Shown one piece after another: positions 27,188 to 36,402 of a DNA stretch of 64,000 nt (position 1 is its first letter; each line of letters starts with the position of its first letter). Below the pieces are notes generated by a model, which saw only the letters and a program-made list of their open reading frames with translations, did no database searches and had not been told where the DNA came from. The stretch is from Bacteroidales bacterium (GTDB taxonomy: Bacteria; Bacteroidota; Bacteroidia; Bacteroidales; GCA-2711565), in the NCBI GenBank assembly GCA_963664245.1, contig OY760934.1, positions 232,242-296,241 of the forward strand, in the 5' to 3' direction. Both the position numbers and the translations under genes were made by a program.

Positions 27188-27210
27188 ATATCTAAAGAAT
27201 AATTTTGTGT

Positions 27211-27595
27211 CTATCCATTCATCGAAATCAAAAATTCCTCGTTAGTTTGAGTGAACATGATCTTGTCTTTCAGGAACTCCATGGCTTCCAGCGGGTTCAT
27301 GTCGGCCAGATGGTTTCGTAGTACCCAAATGCGTTGCAGCGATTCTTTATCAAGCAGCAAATCTTCGCGGCGTGTACTTGATGCCACCAAATCGATAGCC
27401 GGGTAAACGCGTTTGTTCGATAATTTGCGATCCAACTGAAGCTCCATGTTGCCGGTACCTTTAAATTCTTCGAAGATTACTTCATCCATTTTAGAGCCGG
27501 TGTCGATCAGGACCGTAGCGATGATGGTTAATGAACCACCGTTTTCAATTTTACGGGCTGCACCAAAGAAACGTTTTGGTTTTTGAAGGGCGTTG
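27211..27595 (-). pseudogene. rho: Truncated duplicate of the rho 3' end (last ~128 codons)
   Basis: Co-linear with 29230-29614 at a constant offset of 2,019 nt. The 92-aa ORF differs from Rho at one residue. It has no 5' part. Confidence 0.85.
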
Positions 27596-27842
27596 CTAAA
27601 AAGTATTGGGAATCAAGATTTAATGCTTGTAACATCTGATAAGAACGGAAGATACATACAATAATTATGACAAAAGAATAACTAATGTTGGCTAAATAGA
27701 CGAAACGAGAGTAAATTAAAGTAGAATATTCTGTTTCAAATTTCTACAATTTAATAACTTTGAAGCCAGCAACCGCCTACTTTACATATGTTTTGGGATG
27801 GCCGTTTTGCAGCGAAGTATTAATAAATTAAAATATGATGTT

Positions 27843-29141
27843 ATGAAAAAGAAACCGTTTTTTGTAATTCTTTTTATGCTTCCATTTGTGTTATTTGCCC
27901 AGAAACAAGGCGATGTTGGAATAGCTTTCAGTGAGGGGAATAATAACTGGGGAAAGGGGTATTTTTTTATCACCTGGGTTGATCCTAATATTAATGAGAA
28001 TTATATTGGGAATAATTATTTGAAATATGCAGATATAATTACCCATGTTGATGGGGTAGATGTGCATAATATTGCTAGGGAGAAGTTTATGGATTTTTGT
28101 AAAGGAGATGTTGGATCAAAGGTAGAGTTTACGGTGAACCGTATGGGATGTCCAGAACCCATTAAAATAGCGATAAAAAGAAAAGCTTCTTTAAATGCCC
28201 TTTGGGGCCCCTATTATTTTTCAACAAAAATAAATTATAATTTAGGGAGTAGTGTCAGGCACAGTTGGATTATGAGACAGACTAATGATGCTGAAAGTTC
28301 CCACCAAATACTAAGCGACAAGGAAATCGATTTTCTTGCATATAAAACTTTTGATTTTGAATACACTAACCAAAAACAACCATTAATTGAAAAAGAATTA
28401 TCTTCGGTTATTGAAAATATATTAGAATCTAAAGGATTGGCGAGAGATAAAGAGAACCCTGATTTCTTGGTTTTTATTGATTTCTTTTCTGATAAAAAAG
28501 AACAATATGTTCCGCCAACAGAGAAACTCTATACCCGATATAATACAACATATAATATTTGGACCAAAAGCTGGGAAACAAGAAAAAATATCCAGTCCAG
28601 AACAGAAGGAGATTATACAAGAACTGAATACCTGACTGTGCTAAAAATAGCTTTCATGGATGCAAATCGAACAAAGCTTGCTGACAATAAGGTTCCCCCC
28701 GTTATATGGGAAGCTACTTATGAAAGAACTGAAAATGAAAAAACAACAATCCTTAATAAAGCAAAAGAGGAATATCCTTTATTGCTGAAATCTTATCCTG
28801 TTATAGCATGGCAATTTGATTTAGCTTATAATGATTGGGGAATATATGTAGACCGTGTGAATCCTAATAAGATAGCAAAAATAATTCCCGGCAGCTATGC
28901 CGAAAAAATTGGCTTACAGGAAAATGATATTATTGTGATGGTAAGAAAAGTAGATCGAGCAGCTTCATATCGTGAATACAAAGAATCCCCGATGTTTTAT
29001 TTATTTGAATATGACAAACAGCTTTGGTCTGTTTATAAGATTAGGGTTAATAGAGATGGGAAAAATAAAACGTTGTCTATTTCGTATAAAGATCCCCAAC
29101 CTTCGGTAGAGAGGTTGAAGATAAGCCTTCCTCAAGAATAA
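27843..29141 (+). CDS. Secreted PDZ-domain protein
   Basis: Signal MKKKPFFVILFMLPFVLFAQ from the ATG at 27843. PDZ-like segments ADIITHVDGVDV...GSKVEFTVNR and IIPGSYAEKIGLQENDIIVMV. Confidence 0.6.
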   Translation: MKKKPFFVILFMLPFVLFAQKQGDVGIAFSEGNNNWGKGYFFITWVDPNINENYIGNNYLKYADIITHVDGVDVHNIAREKFMDFCKGDVGSKVEFTVNRMGCPEPIKIAIKRKASLNALWGPYYFSTKINYNLGSSVRHSWIMRQTNDAESSHQILSDKEIDFLAYKTFDFEYTNQKQPLIEKELSSVIENILESKGLARDKENPDFLVFIDFFSDKKEQYVPPTEKLYTRYNTTYNIWTKSWETRKNIQSRTEGDYTRTEYLTVLKIAFMDANRTKLADNKVPPVIWEATYERTENEKTTILNKAKEEYPLLLKSYPVIAWQFDLAYNDWGIYVDRVNPNKIAKIIPGSYAEKIGLQENDIIVMVRKVDRAASYREYKESPMFYLFEYDKQLWSVYKIRVNRDGKNKTLSISYKDPQPSVERLKISLPQE

Positions 29142-29174
29142 TGAATGATTTTTGATAGTTTTAAAATATATATT

Positions 29175-29208
29175 AAAAAGGCTGGAACCTACGGGTAACA
29201 GCCTTTTT
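29175..29208. terminator. Bidirectional terminator between the PDZ gene and rho
   Basis: AAAAAGGCTG ... CAGCCTTTTT forms a 10-bp stem flanked by an A-run and a T-run. Confidence 0.6.
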
Positions 29209-29229
29209 TAATATATTAATTTTTAATGG

Positions 29230-30801
29230 TTATCCATTCATCGAGATTAAAAATTCCTCGTTGGTTTGAGTGAACCTGATTTTGTCTTTCAGGAATTCCA
29301 TGGCTTCCAGCGGGTTCATGTCGGCCAAGTGGTTCCGCAGTACCCAAATACGTTGCAGCGATTCTTTATCAAGCAGCAAATCTTCGCGGCGTGTACTTGA
29401 TGCCACCAAATCGATAGCCGGGTAAACACGTTTGTTCGATAATTTGCGATCCAACTGAAGCTCCATATTGCCTGTACCTTTAAATTCTTCGAAGATTACT
29501 TCATCCATTTTAGAACCGGTGTCGATCAGGGCAGTAGCGATAATGGTCAATGAACCGCCGTTTTCGATTTTACGGGCTGCGCCAAAGAAACGTTTTGGTT
29601 TTTGAAGGGCATTGGCTTCCACCCCACCGGATAATACTTTGCCCGATGCCGGAGAAACAGTGTTGTAAGCCCTTGCCAAACGGGTGATAGAGTCGAGCAG
29701 GATAACTACGTCGTGGCCGCACTCGGTCATGCGTTTTGCTTTTTCCAGCACAATGTTTGCAATTTTTACGTGGCGTTCTGCCGGTTCATCAAAAGTAGAT
29801 GAAATGACTTCGGCTTTTACGCTACGTTCCATGTCTGTTACCTCTTCCGGGCGTTCATCAATTAACAAAATAATTAAATAGGCTTCGGGATGGTTGGCAG
29901 CAATGGCGTTGGCAACTTCTTTTAAAAGAACCGTTTTACCGGTTTTTGGTTGAGCCACAATCAACCCACGTTGTCCTTTTCCAATAGGCGTAAACAAGTC
30001 GATTACACGGGTTGAAATGGTTTCTTGTGGATGTCCGGTTAACGAAAGTTTTTCGTCCGGGAACAGGGGCGTTAAGAAATCGAAAGGAATACGGTCGCGT
30101 ACTTCTTCCGGCCTGCGCCCGTTGATTAACTCAACTTTAATTAACGGAAAATATTTTTCGGTTTCTTTTGGTGGACGAATGGTCCCTCTCACGGTATCAC
30201 CGGTTTTTAATCCGAATAATTTAATTTGTGATTGAGAAACGTAAATGTCGTCGGGAGAGTTCAGGTAATTGTAATCTGATGAACGAAGGAAACCATAGCC
30301 ATCCTGCATGATTTCAAGAACGCCCTCGCTAGACACAATGCCTTCTAGCTCTGAAAGAAAATCATCGCGTTTAACTTCGTATTCTGATTTCGGGTTGTCC
30401 TGTTTTGGAGTCTCTTTTTTCTCAGGAATTTCAATATTTTCGTTACGTTCTATCCTGCTTTTTTTAGGTTTGACTTCTTGCTCAGTATCAGGATTGGTTG
30501 AAAAAACAGGTTCGTCAATAGAAGGTTCTTCTGGTTCTTTCTTTTTGATCGGTTCCACTTTTTCGGGCTCACGCGGAATACGTGCACGCCTTCCCCGGCT
30601 TGGTTTTTTAATTTCTTTTTTCCCTTTTTCTTTTTCTTCTTTTTCTAGCTCTTCATTGGTAGGATTTAACGCCTGATGATCTAAAATTTTGTAGATAAGA
30701 TCTTGCTTTAATAATTTATCAACTTTAGGAATGTTAAGGCTTTTAGCTATCTCACGCAGTTCCGAAACCAATTTGCCATTAAGTTCAATAATGTCGTACA
30801 T
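29230..30801 (-). CDS. rho: Transcription termination factor Rho (with K/E/P-rich N-terminal insertion)
   Basis: N-terminus [25 protein letters not shown], Walker [13 protein letters not shown], conserved C-terminal ATPase region. 523 aa. Confidence 0.95.
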   Translation of the reverse strand: MYDIIELNGKLVSELREIAKSLNIPKVDKLLKQDLIYKILDHQALNPTNEELEKEEKEKGKKEIKKPSRGRRARIPREPEKVEPIKKKEPEEPSIDEPVFSTNPDTEQEVKPKKSRIERNENIEIPEKKETPKQDNPKSEYEVKRDDFLSELEGIVSSEGVLEIMQDGYGFLRSSDYNYLNSPDDIYVSQSQIKLFGLKTGDTVRGTIRPPKETEKYFPLIKVELINGRRPEEVRDRIPFDFLTPLFPDEKLSLTGHPQETISTRVIDLFTPIGKGQRGLIVAQPKTGKTVLLKEVANAIAANHPEAYLIILLIDERPEEVTDMERSVKAEVISSTFDEPAERHVKIANIVLEKAKRMTECGHDVVILLDSITRLARAYNTVSPASGKVLSGGVEANALQKPKRFFGAARKIENGGSLTIIATALIDTGSKMDEVIFEEFKGTGNMELQLDRKLSNKRVYPAIDLVASSTRREDLLLDKESLQRIWVLRNHLADMNPLEAMEFLKDKIRFTQTNEEFLISMNG

Positions 30802-30918
30802 GAAAATTTTATTTAATTTTTAAATAAGGAGTTTTAATTATATGATAAATTTTTTTACGTGCTTTATGTTATAAAAAATTTAAGTAGAAAATAGTTTATG
30901 GAAATACTTATTCTTTTG

Positions 30919-30926
30919 CAAATATA
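30919..30926 (-). promoter_or_regulatory. Candidate -7 box upstream of rho
   Basis: The minus strand reads TATATTTG, about 118 nt upstream of the rho ATG. Confidence 0.3.
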
Positions 30927-31034
30927 ATAAAAGAATAATATAAATCTTAAAAAAATAGGAAAAAAAGTACTTCAACTTTCAAATTTGTAGTTCTTTATAA
31001 CGAAAATTTAAAGAAAATTTGTGTTCAGTTTTCT

Positions 31035-31042
31035 TATATTTG
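31035..31042 (+). promoter_or_regulatory. Candidate -7 box for the DUF4293-like gene
   Basis: TATATTTG lies 18 nt upstream of the ATG at 31060. Confidence 0.45.
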
Positions 31043-31059
31043 CATTAAAATTTTTAGTT

Positions 31060-31530
31060 ATGATTCAGCGTATACAAAGTGTTTACTTATTTGTTGCAAG
31101 CCTGGCTTTAGGCCTGATGTTTGTTTTCCCGATTAGCCGGTTTTATGGTGATTTACATACTTTAGAACTTTCTTTATTGGAATTAAAAAACCTGGTGCCA
31201 ACCAGCGCGGATATTGTTAATCCCTATTTTACCTATCCTTTGGCTATTTCAGTAATTATTATTTCGGCAGTTGCTTTTATAAGCATCTTCTTTTATAAAA
31301 AAAGGAGAAGACAAATACGTTTGATACAGATTGATATTTTCCTAAATATCCTCTTGATTTTTGGTGTTTTCTTTGTTTATACCAGGCTGATTCAAAACCA
31401 AGTGAGCGTTGATGAAGTTTACGATATTGCTTCTTATCTTCCGCTGATATCGCTGGTGGCGTTAATTCTGGCTTATCGTGGTGTAAAGAAAGACGAAATG
31501 CTGGTTCGTTCGGCTGACCGATTGCGTTAG
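31060..31530 (+). CDS. Small integral membrane protein, DUF4293-like
   Basis: Four hydrophobic helices. N-terminus MIQRIQSVYLFVASLAL. Divergent from rho, as is often seen in Bacteroidota (recollection). The ATG at 31060 is preferred over the GTG at 31021. Confidence 0.5.
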   Translation: MIQRIQSVYLFVASLALGLMFVFPISRFYGDLHTLELSLLELKNLVPTSADIVNPYFTYPLAISVIIISAVAFISIFFYKKRRRQIRLIQIDIFLNILLIFGVFFVYTRLIQNQVSVDEVYDIASYLPLISLVALILAYRGVKKDEMLVRSADRLR

Positions 31531-32021
31531 GCTCTTTTTACTTCAAATATTTCTAAATCCTTTATTTGATTTCCGTCTATTTGAAAACGCATCATGGTAA
31601 TGTGTTTGTGAAAGCCCGATTTTCCGGCTGAGCCCGGATTCATGTGCAATAATTTTAAATCCGTATCATTTATCACTTTTAAAATGTGAGAATGCCCCGA
31701 AATGAATAATTGGGGCTGGTGTTCTGTTAATAAATTTTTAATCCCCTTGGCATAGTGTTTTGGATAGCCCCCAATGTGGGTCATAAAAACCGTTACTTCT
31801 TCGCATCTAAATATTTGGAATTCTTTAGTTTCTAAGCGGATTTTCTGATTATCGATATTTCCGTAAACGGCAATAAGCGGCTTGAATTTTTTTAGTTTAT
31901 CAAGGGTTTCAATATCCCCAATATCTCCGGCATGCCATATCTGATCTACGTCTTTGAAAAAATCAAAAAGTCGGGGGTGAATATACCCGTGCGTATCGGA
32001 GATTAAACCAATTTTTTTCAT
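31527..32021 (-). CDS. Metallophosphoesterase (YfcE/MJ0936-like)
   Basis: Motifs ISDTHG, HAGDIGD, YGNIDN, SGHSH. Confidence 0.8.
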   Translation of the reverse strand: MKKIGLISDTHGYIHPRLFDFFKDVDQIWHAGDIGDIETLDKLKKFKPLIAVYGNIDNQKIRLETKEFQIFRCEEVTVFMTHIGGYPKHYAKGIKNLLTEHQPQLFISGHSHILKVINDTDLKLLHMNPGSAGKSGFHKHITMMRFQIDGNQIKDLEIFEVKRA

Positions 32022-32896
32022 TAAAATTTAATTGTGAACCCTAGACCGAACAGCTCTTTAAACTGGGTTCGCGGCCCAATTTTCCCTTCATCATCTTTAA
32101 TGTTAATATCATCATCATAAATAAGATGGGTGGATAAAGTAGAGGCCATAAAGCTGTTGATTTTCATGTTGAAAAACAGTTCCCAGTCGACATCAACATT
32201 TTCAGGGTGACTTTTATAATTCGAGAACACCTCCAGCTTTGTTTTCATTTCTACATTTTTAATGATTTCTTTTTTGAAATTCATGACAATAGAACCACCA
32301 TGAGCAAATTTAGAATGTTTTCCGGGATTAACTCCAAATGCCCCCTCGTCTGCTAACTTTTTATCAGCAACAATAATTAAACGACCGGTGAACGGTGAAA
32401 TATTGAGTGAGAAATTTTTGCTGGGTTTGTGTTCAATACCAAAAGATAAATAAATGTATGCCGGGGCAAAAAAACTGGAAATAGCAACCGAATCGTTCGG
32501 GTAATTGTACCCGTTGGTGAATTGGGTTTTAAGCGTAGTCATTATGGTATAGTACCAGTTTTTAATCGACCTTTTCCCGTAAGTGCTTGAGAAATAAATT
32601 TTGTCATCAATTTTACGAAAAGGCTCTCCATTTTGCTTTTGCAAGCCATAAGCCAGTTCAAATTTGTTGTCCCAAATACTATTGTTTTTTTTATAATTTG
32701 CCTGGAAATTAAAAAAAGTGTTGGTCGAGATGGAGCTTTCTCCACCCTTTGCCCAGTTTGAAAGCGTTACCTGCGATATTACAAATTTTGTTTCTGCTCC
32801 AACGTTCCAGGCCGAGTCTTTTTTTTGTTCTTGAGAAAATGTGGGTACAGTAAATAATAAAACTAAAGCTAAACTATAAATCTTCTTCTTCATCAA
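32021..32896 (-). CDS. Outer-membrane beta-barrel-like protein, DUF3078-like
   Basis: Signal peptide, the segment SNWAKGGESS, and alternating beta-strand pattern ending in F. Confidence 0.6.
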   Translation of the reverse strand: MMKKKIYSLALVLLFTVPTFSQEQKKDSAWNVGAETKFVISQVTLSNWAKGGESSISTNTFFNFQANYKKNNSIWDNKFELAYGLQKQNGEPFRKIDDKIYFSSTYGKRSIKNWYYTIMTTLKTQFTNGYNYPNDSVAISSFFAPAYIYLSFGIEHKPSKNFSLNISPFTGRLIIVADKKLADEGAFGVNPGKHSKFAHGGSIVMNFKKEIIKNVEMKTKLEVFSNYKSHPENVDVDWELFFNMKINSFMASTLSTHLIYDDDINIKDDEGKIGPRTQFKELFGLGFTIKF

Positions 32897-32902
32897 TAAA
32901 TC

Positions 32903-33721
32903 TTACTTTTCATTATACACGTGAACATCTCTTTGCGGAAATGGAATAGAAATCCCTTCCTTGTCAAAGGTTTTCTTTACTGTTTCTGTAATTTCGAAAT
33001 ATACTTTCCAATAATCGGGTGTTTTGACCCAGGCTCTTACTACAAAATTTACCGAGCTGTCTCCCAGTTCTGACAACGCAATAAATGTTTCGGGTTCATT
33101 TAATATTAATTCGTGTTTTTCGGTAATTTCCTTTAAAATGCGTTTTGCTTTATCAATATCATCGCCATAGCCAATCCCGAATTTGAAATCTACTCTTCGG
33201 AGCTCTTCGGCAGAATAATTTACCATGGAACCGGTTGATAAGCCACCATTAGGAATAATAATGGTTTTGTTGTCGGGGGTTTTAAGGATGGTGTTAAAAA
33301 TCTGGATTTCTTTAACTGTTCCGGCATAGCCCTGCGCTTCGATATAATCGCCTACCTTAAATGGTTTGAAAAGAAGGATTAATGCTCCTCCTGAAAAATT
33401 CTGCAACGTTCCGGAAAGTGATAATCCAATGGCTAGTCCGGCAGCACCTAAAATGGCTACAAAAGAAGTCATTTCAACGCCAACCATGGCCATCACGCTT
33501 ACAATAAGCAAAATTTTTAAAGTGATGCTGATAAAACTTACGATATAAGGTGTAAGTGTTACGTCAACTTTTCGTTTGTCTAATAATTTCGATAAGCCTT
33601 TTCTGATGGCTTTGATGACCCAGAATCCAATGATTAATGTAAATATTGCTAACAAAAGTTGTGGGCCATATTCAAATAGCATATCAATCGCTTTTCCCGA
33701 ATATCTGTTTAATTCTTCCAT
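32903..33721 (-). CDS. Mechanosensitive ion channel (MscS family)
   Basis: Three N-terminal TM helices followed by FKPFKVGDYIEAQGYAGTVKEIQIFNT, the MscS beta-domain. Confidence 0.85.
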   Translation of the reverse strand: MEELNRYSGKAIDMLFEYGPQLLLAIFTLIIGFWVIKAIRKGLSKLLDKRKVDVTLTPYIVSFISITLKILLIVSVMAMVGVEMTSFVAILGAAGLAIGLSLSGTLQNFSGGALILLFKPFKVGDYIEAQGYAGTVKEIQIFNTILKTPDNKTIIIPNGGLSTGSMVNYSAEELRRVDFKFGIGYGDDIDKAKRILKEITEKHELILNEPETFIALSELGDSSVNFVVRAWVKTPDYWKVYFEITETVKKTFDKEGISIPFPQRDVHVYNEK

Positions 33722-33838
33722 TTTTCAAGATTTTGATTATAGTTACATGAGTGTTGCAGAAATATGCAATGCAAAATTAATTATAAATAGGCATTTGATG
33801 CCAAATTATTAATAATTTTATGAGATAAAATATTAAAT

Positions 33839-35149
33839 ATGAATTTAGATTATATATCGTTTGGTATAGGAATATTAAAAGGCCTGATTATCGGGCTAAT
33901 TGTTTTAAGGGTATTGTTTAGGAAGAAGAACCGAAAAGCTGAAGTAGAGATTGCTTTTTTAAAAGAAAAATCTGCTTTGCTGGAAAAAAATCTGGAAGAG
34001 CTGAAAAGTGAAAATGTAGAAAAAGAAGCATTGATTATTGAATTGAACCGAAAGTTAAGTAAAAGCGAAAGCGATTTGGATCATCTGAACCAAAAGCTTT
34101 CCGAACAAAAACAAGACCTGCAAAAATTACAGGATCAGTTCAGGATTGAGTTTAAAAACCTTGCCAACGATATTTTAGAAAATAATTCGAAAAAGTTTAC
34201 TGAAGATAACCGCAATAAGTTGAATGATTTGCTGAAACCTCTTGGTGAAAAAATAAAAGATTTTGAGAAGAAGGTGGAAGAAACTTATGATAAAGAATCT
34301 AAGCTTCGATTTTCTTTAAAAGAAGAAATAAAACGCTTGGAAGAATTAAACCAACAGGTAAGTAAAGACACCGAGAACCTTACCAAAGCCTTGAAAGGAG
34401 ATTCGAAAACCCAAGGTAACTGGGGTGAGGTTGTATTGGAAAATATTTTGGAGAAATCAGGATTAATCAAAGACCAAGAATATTTTGTGCAAAATTCGTT
34501 TAAAGATGAGGGTGGTAAACGCCTACAACCCGATGTGGTGGTTACTTACCCGGGTAAACGAAATGTAGTGATTGATTCAAAAGTTTCGTTAACGGCTTAT
34601 GACAAATACGTTGGTCTCGAAAACGATGATCAAAAAGAGGTAGCCTTAAAGGCTCATCTGATCTCGATTAAAAAACACATTGATGAGCTCAGTGCAAAAA
34701 ATTACCAGGACCTATACCAGCTAAATAGCCTTGATTTTGTAATGATGTTTCTTCCGGTTGAACCGGCTTACCTATTGGCCATACAAAAAGATGCCGAATT
34801 ATGGCACTATGCTTACAATAAGCGTATATTAATTATAAGCCCGACAAACTTAATTGCCGCCCTAAAAATGATTGAAAGCTTATGGCGGCAAGAGTATCAA
34901 ACCAAGAATGTTCAGGAAATTGCCCGTCAGAGTGGCGATTTGTACGATAAGTTTAAAGGTTTCATAGATGATTTATTGTTAATCGGCAAGAAATTACAGG
35001 AAACCCAGCTTACTTATGAAGAGTCGATGAAAAAGCTTTCAACGGGTCGTGGAAACCTGGTAAAACGGGTTGAGAATATTAAAAAGCTTGGAATAAAAAC
35101 ATCAAAAGAATTACCACAAAACCTGTTGGACAGGGCAGAGGAGGAGTAA
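33839..35149 (+). CDS. rmuC: DNA recombination protein RmuC
   Basis: N-terminal TM segment and long coiled coil, followed by the RmuC nuclease-like core QPDVVVTYPGKRNVVIDSKVSL. Confidence 0.85.
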   Translation: MNLDYISFGIGILKGLIIGLIVLRVLFRKKNRKAEVEIAFLKEKSALLEKNLEELKSENVEKEALIIELNRKLSKSESDLDHLNQKLSEQKQDLQKLQDQFRIEFKNLANDILENNSKKFTEDNRNKLNDLLKPLGEKIKDFEKKVEETYDKESKLRFSLKEEIKRLEELNQQVSKDTENLTKALKGDSKTQGNWGEVVLENILEKSGLIKDQEYFVQNSFKDEGGKRLQPDVVVTYPGKRNVVIDSKVSLTAYDKYVGLENDDQKEVALKAHLISIKKHIDELSAKNYQDLYQLNSLDFVMMFLPVEPAYLLAIQKDAELWHYAYNKRILIISPTNLIAALKMIESLWRQEYQTKNVQEIARQSGDLYDKFKGFIDDLLLIGKKLQETQLTYEESMKKLSTGRGNLVKRVENIKKLGIKTSKELPQNLLDRAEEE

Positions 35150-35152
35150 AAA

Positions 35153-35899
35153 ATGGCCATGAAGAAAGATCAAATCATATATGGAACGCGTGCAATTATT
35201 GAGGCCATCAAGGCGGGGAAAGAAATTGATAAAATTTTGATCCGAAAAGGAATTCGCAATGCTCTTTATATTGAGCTCCAACAATTAATCAATCATTACG
35301 ATATTCCGGTTCAAAATGTTCCGGTTGAAAAGTTAAATCGTATCACCCAAAAGAACCACCAGGGAACCATTGCTTTTGTTTCGGCTATTTCATTTCAAAA
35401 TATTGAATCCATTGTTCCTATGCTTTATGAGGAAGGGAAACCCCCTTTGATTATCATTCTGGATAGCGTAACAGATGTCCGTAATTTGGGTGCTATTGCC
35501 CGTACGGCAGAATGTTCGGGCGCACATGCTATTTTGGTTCCTTCCAAGGGTTCGGCGCAAATTAACGAGGATGCCATTAAAACTTCGGCCGGGGCCTTGA
35601 ATGTTATACCGGTTTGCCGGGCAAATAATTTGAAAGATAGCATTGAGTTCTTGAAAAACAGTGGCGTTCAAATTGTGGCGGCCTCCGAAAAAGCCGATCA
35701 AAATTATACTGATGTCGATTATAGTGTGCCAACGGCTATTATTATGGGCTCGGAAGAAAGGGGCGTTTCGGGTGAATACATCAAGCGTTCGGATCACTTG
35801 GTGCAAATTCCGATTTTAGGCGAAATAGAATCGTTGAATGTTAGTGTTGCCACGGCTGTTATGCTTTATGAAGTGGTTCGCCAAAGAGCAAAGGCATAA
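35153..35899 (+). CDS. rlmB: 23S rRNA (guanosine-2'-O)-methyltransferase RlmB (SpoU/TrmH family)
   Basis: SpoU motifs NLGAIARTAECSG, IIMGSEERGVS, IPILGEIESLNVSVA. Confidence 0.85.
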   Translation: MAMKKDQIIYGTRAIIEAIKAGKEIDKILIRKGIRNALYIELQQLINHYDIPVQNVPVEKLNRITQKNHQGTIAFVSAISFQNIESIVPMLYEEGKPPLIIILDSVTDVRNLGAIARTAECSGAHAILVPSKGSAQINEDAIKTSAGALNVIPVCRANNLKDSIEFLKNSGVQIVAASEKADQNYTDVDYSVPTAIIMGSEERGVSGEYIKRSDHLVQIPILGEIESLNVSVATAVMLYEVVRQRAKA

Positions 35900-35902
35900 A
35901 AA

Positions 35903-35928
35903 ATCCCCTCACCGTAAGGTAAGGGGAT
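35903..35928. terminator. Hairpin between convergent rlmB and rplS
   Basis: ATCCCCT-caccgtaaggta-AGGGGAT. Confidence 0.55.
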
Positions 35929-35951
35929 CTCAAATTAATAATATCTTCAAA

Positions 35952-36305
35952 CTATCTTCTAGCTTCTTTAATTCTGGCTTTCTTACCTCTTAAGCCGCGT
36001 AAGTAGAAAATACGTGCACGACGAACAACACCTTTTTTGTTCACGGTAATACTTTCAATAAATGGAGAAGCGATCGGAAAAATCCGTTCTACTCCAATGT
36101 TGTTAGAGATTTTACGAACAGTAAATGTTTCGGTTGTACCGCCTCCTGAGCGTTGTAAAACAATGCCCTGAAAATTTTGGATACGTTCTTTATCTCCCTC
36201 TTTAATTTTATATTGAACAGTAATTGTATCACCTGCTTTAAAATCAGGATATTCCTTAACCTCTGTCAGGTTTTCAACGTGCTGTAGTAATTCGTTCTTG
36301 CTCAT
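35952..36305 (-). CDS. rplS: 50S ribosomal protein L19
   Basis: [33 protein letters not shown] ... RRARIFYLR. Confidence 0.95.
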   Translation of the reverse strand: MSKNELLQHVENLTEVKEYPDFKAGDTITVQYKIKEGDKERIQNFQGIVLQRSGGGTTETFTVRKISNNIGVERIFPIASPFIESITVNKKGVVRRARIFYLRGLRGKKARIKEARR

Positions 36306-36340
36306 TTCAGTATTCTTTAAGGGTTCTTCAAAAATGAGTG

Positions 36341-36348
36341 CAAATATA
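36341..36348 (-). promoter_or_regulatory. Candidate -7 box for rplS
   Basis: The minus strand reads TATATTTG, 36 nt upstream of the ATG. Confidence 0.45.
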
Positions 36349-36402
36349 CAGTTATTTTTTTAATAATTAAATGAATTCTTGGTATTTTTATTTAAAATAA
36401 GA

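Noticed and set aside
27211-27489. 92-aa ORF that could be annotated as a small independent gene
   Set aside because: It is the C-terminal part of a truncated rho duplicate. The homology to rho continues in frame upstream of its ATG to 27595, and there is no 5' part or promoter signal.
27687-27693. Another GTTGGCT heptamer near the rho duplication breakpoint, as a possible third recombination core
   Set aside because: A given 7-mer is expected several times by chance in 64 kb on two strands. No flanking similarity to the cassette arms or flanks is visible.
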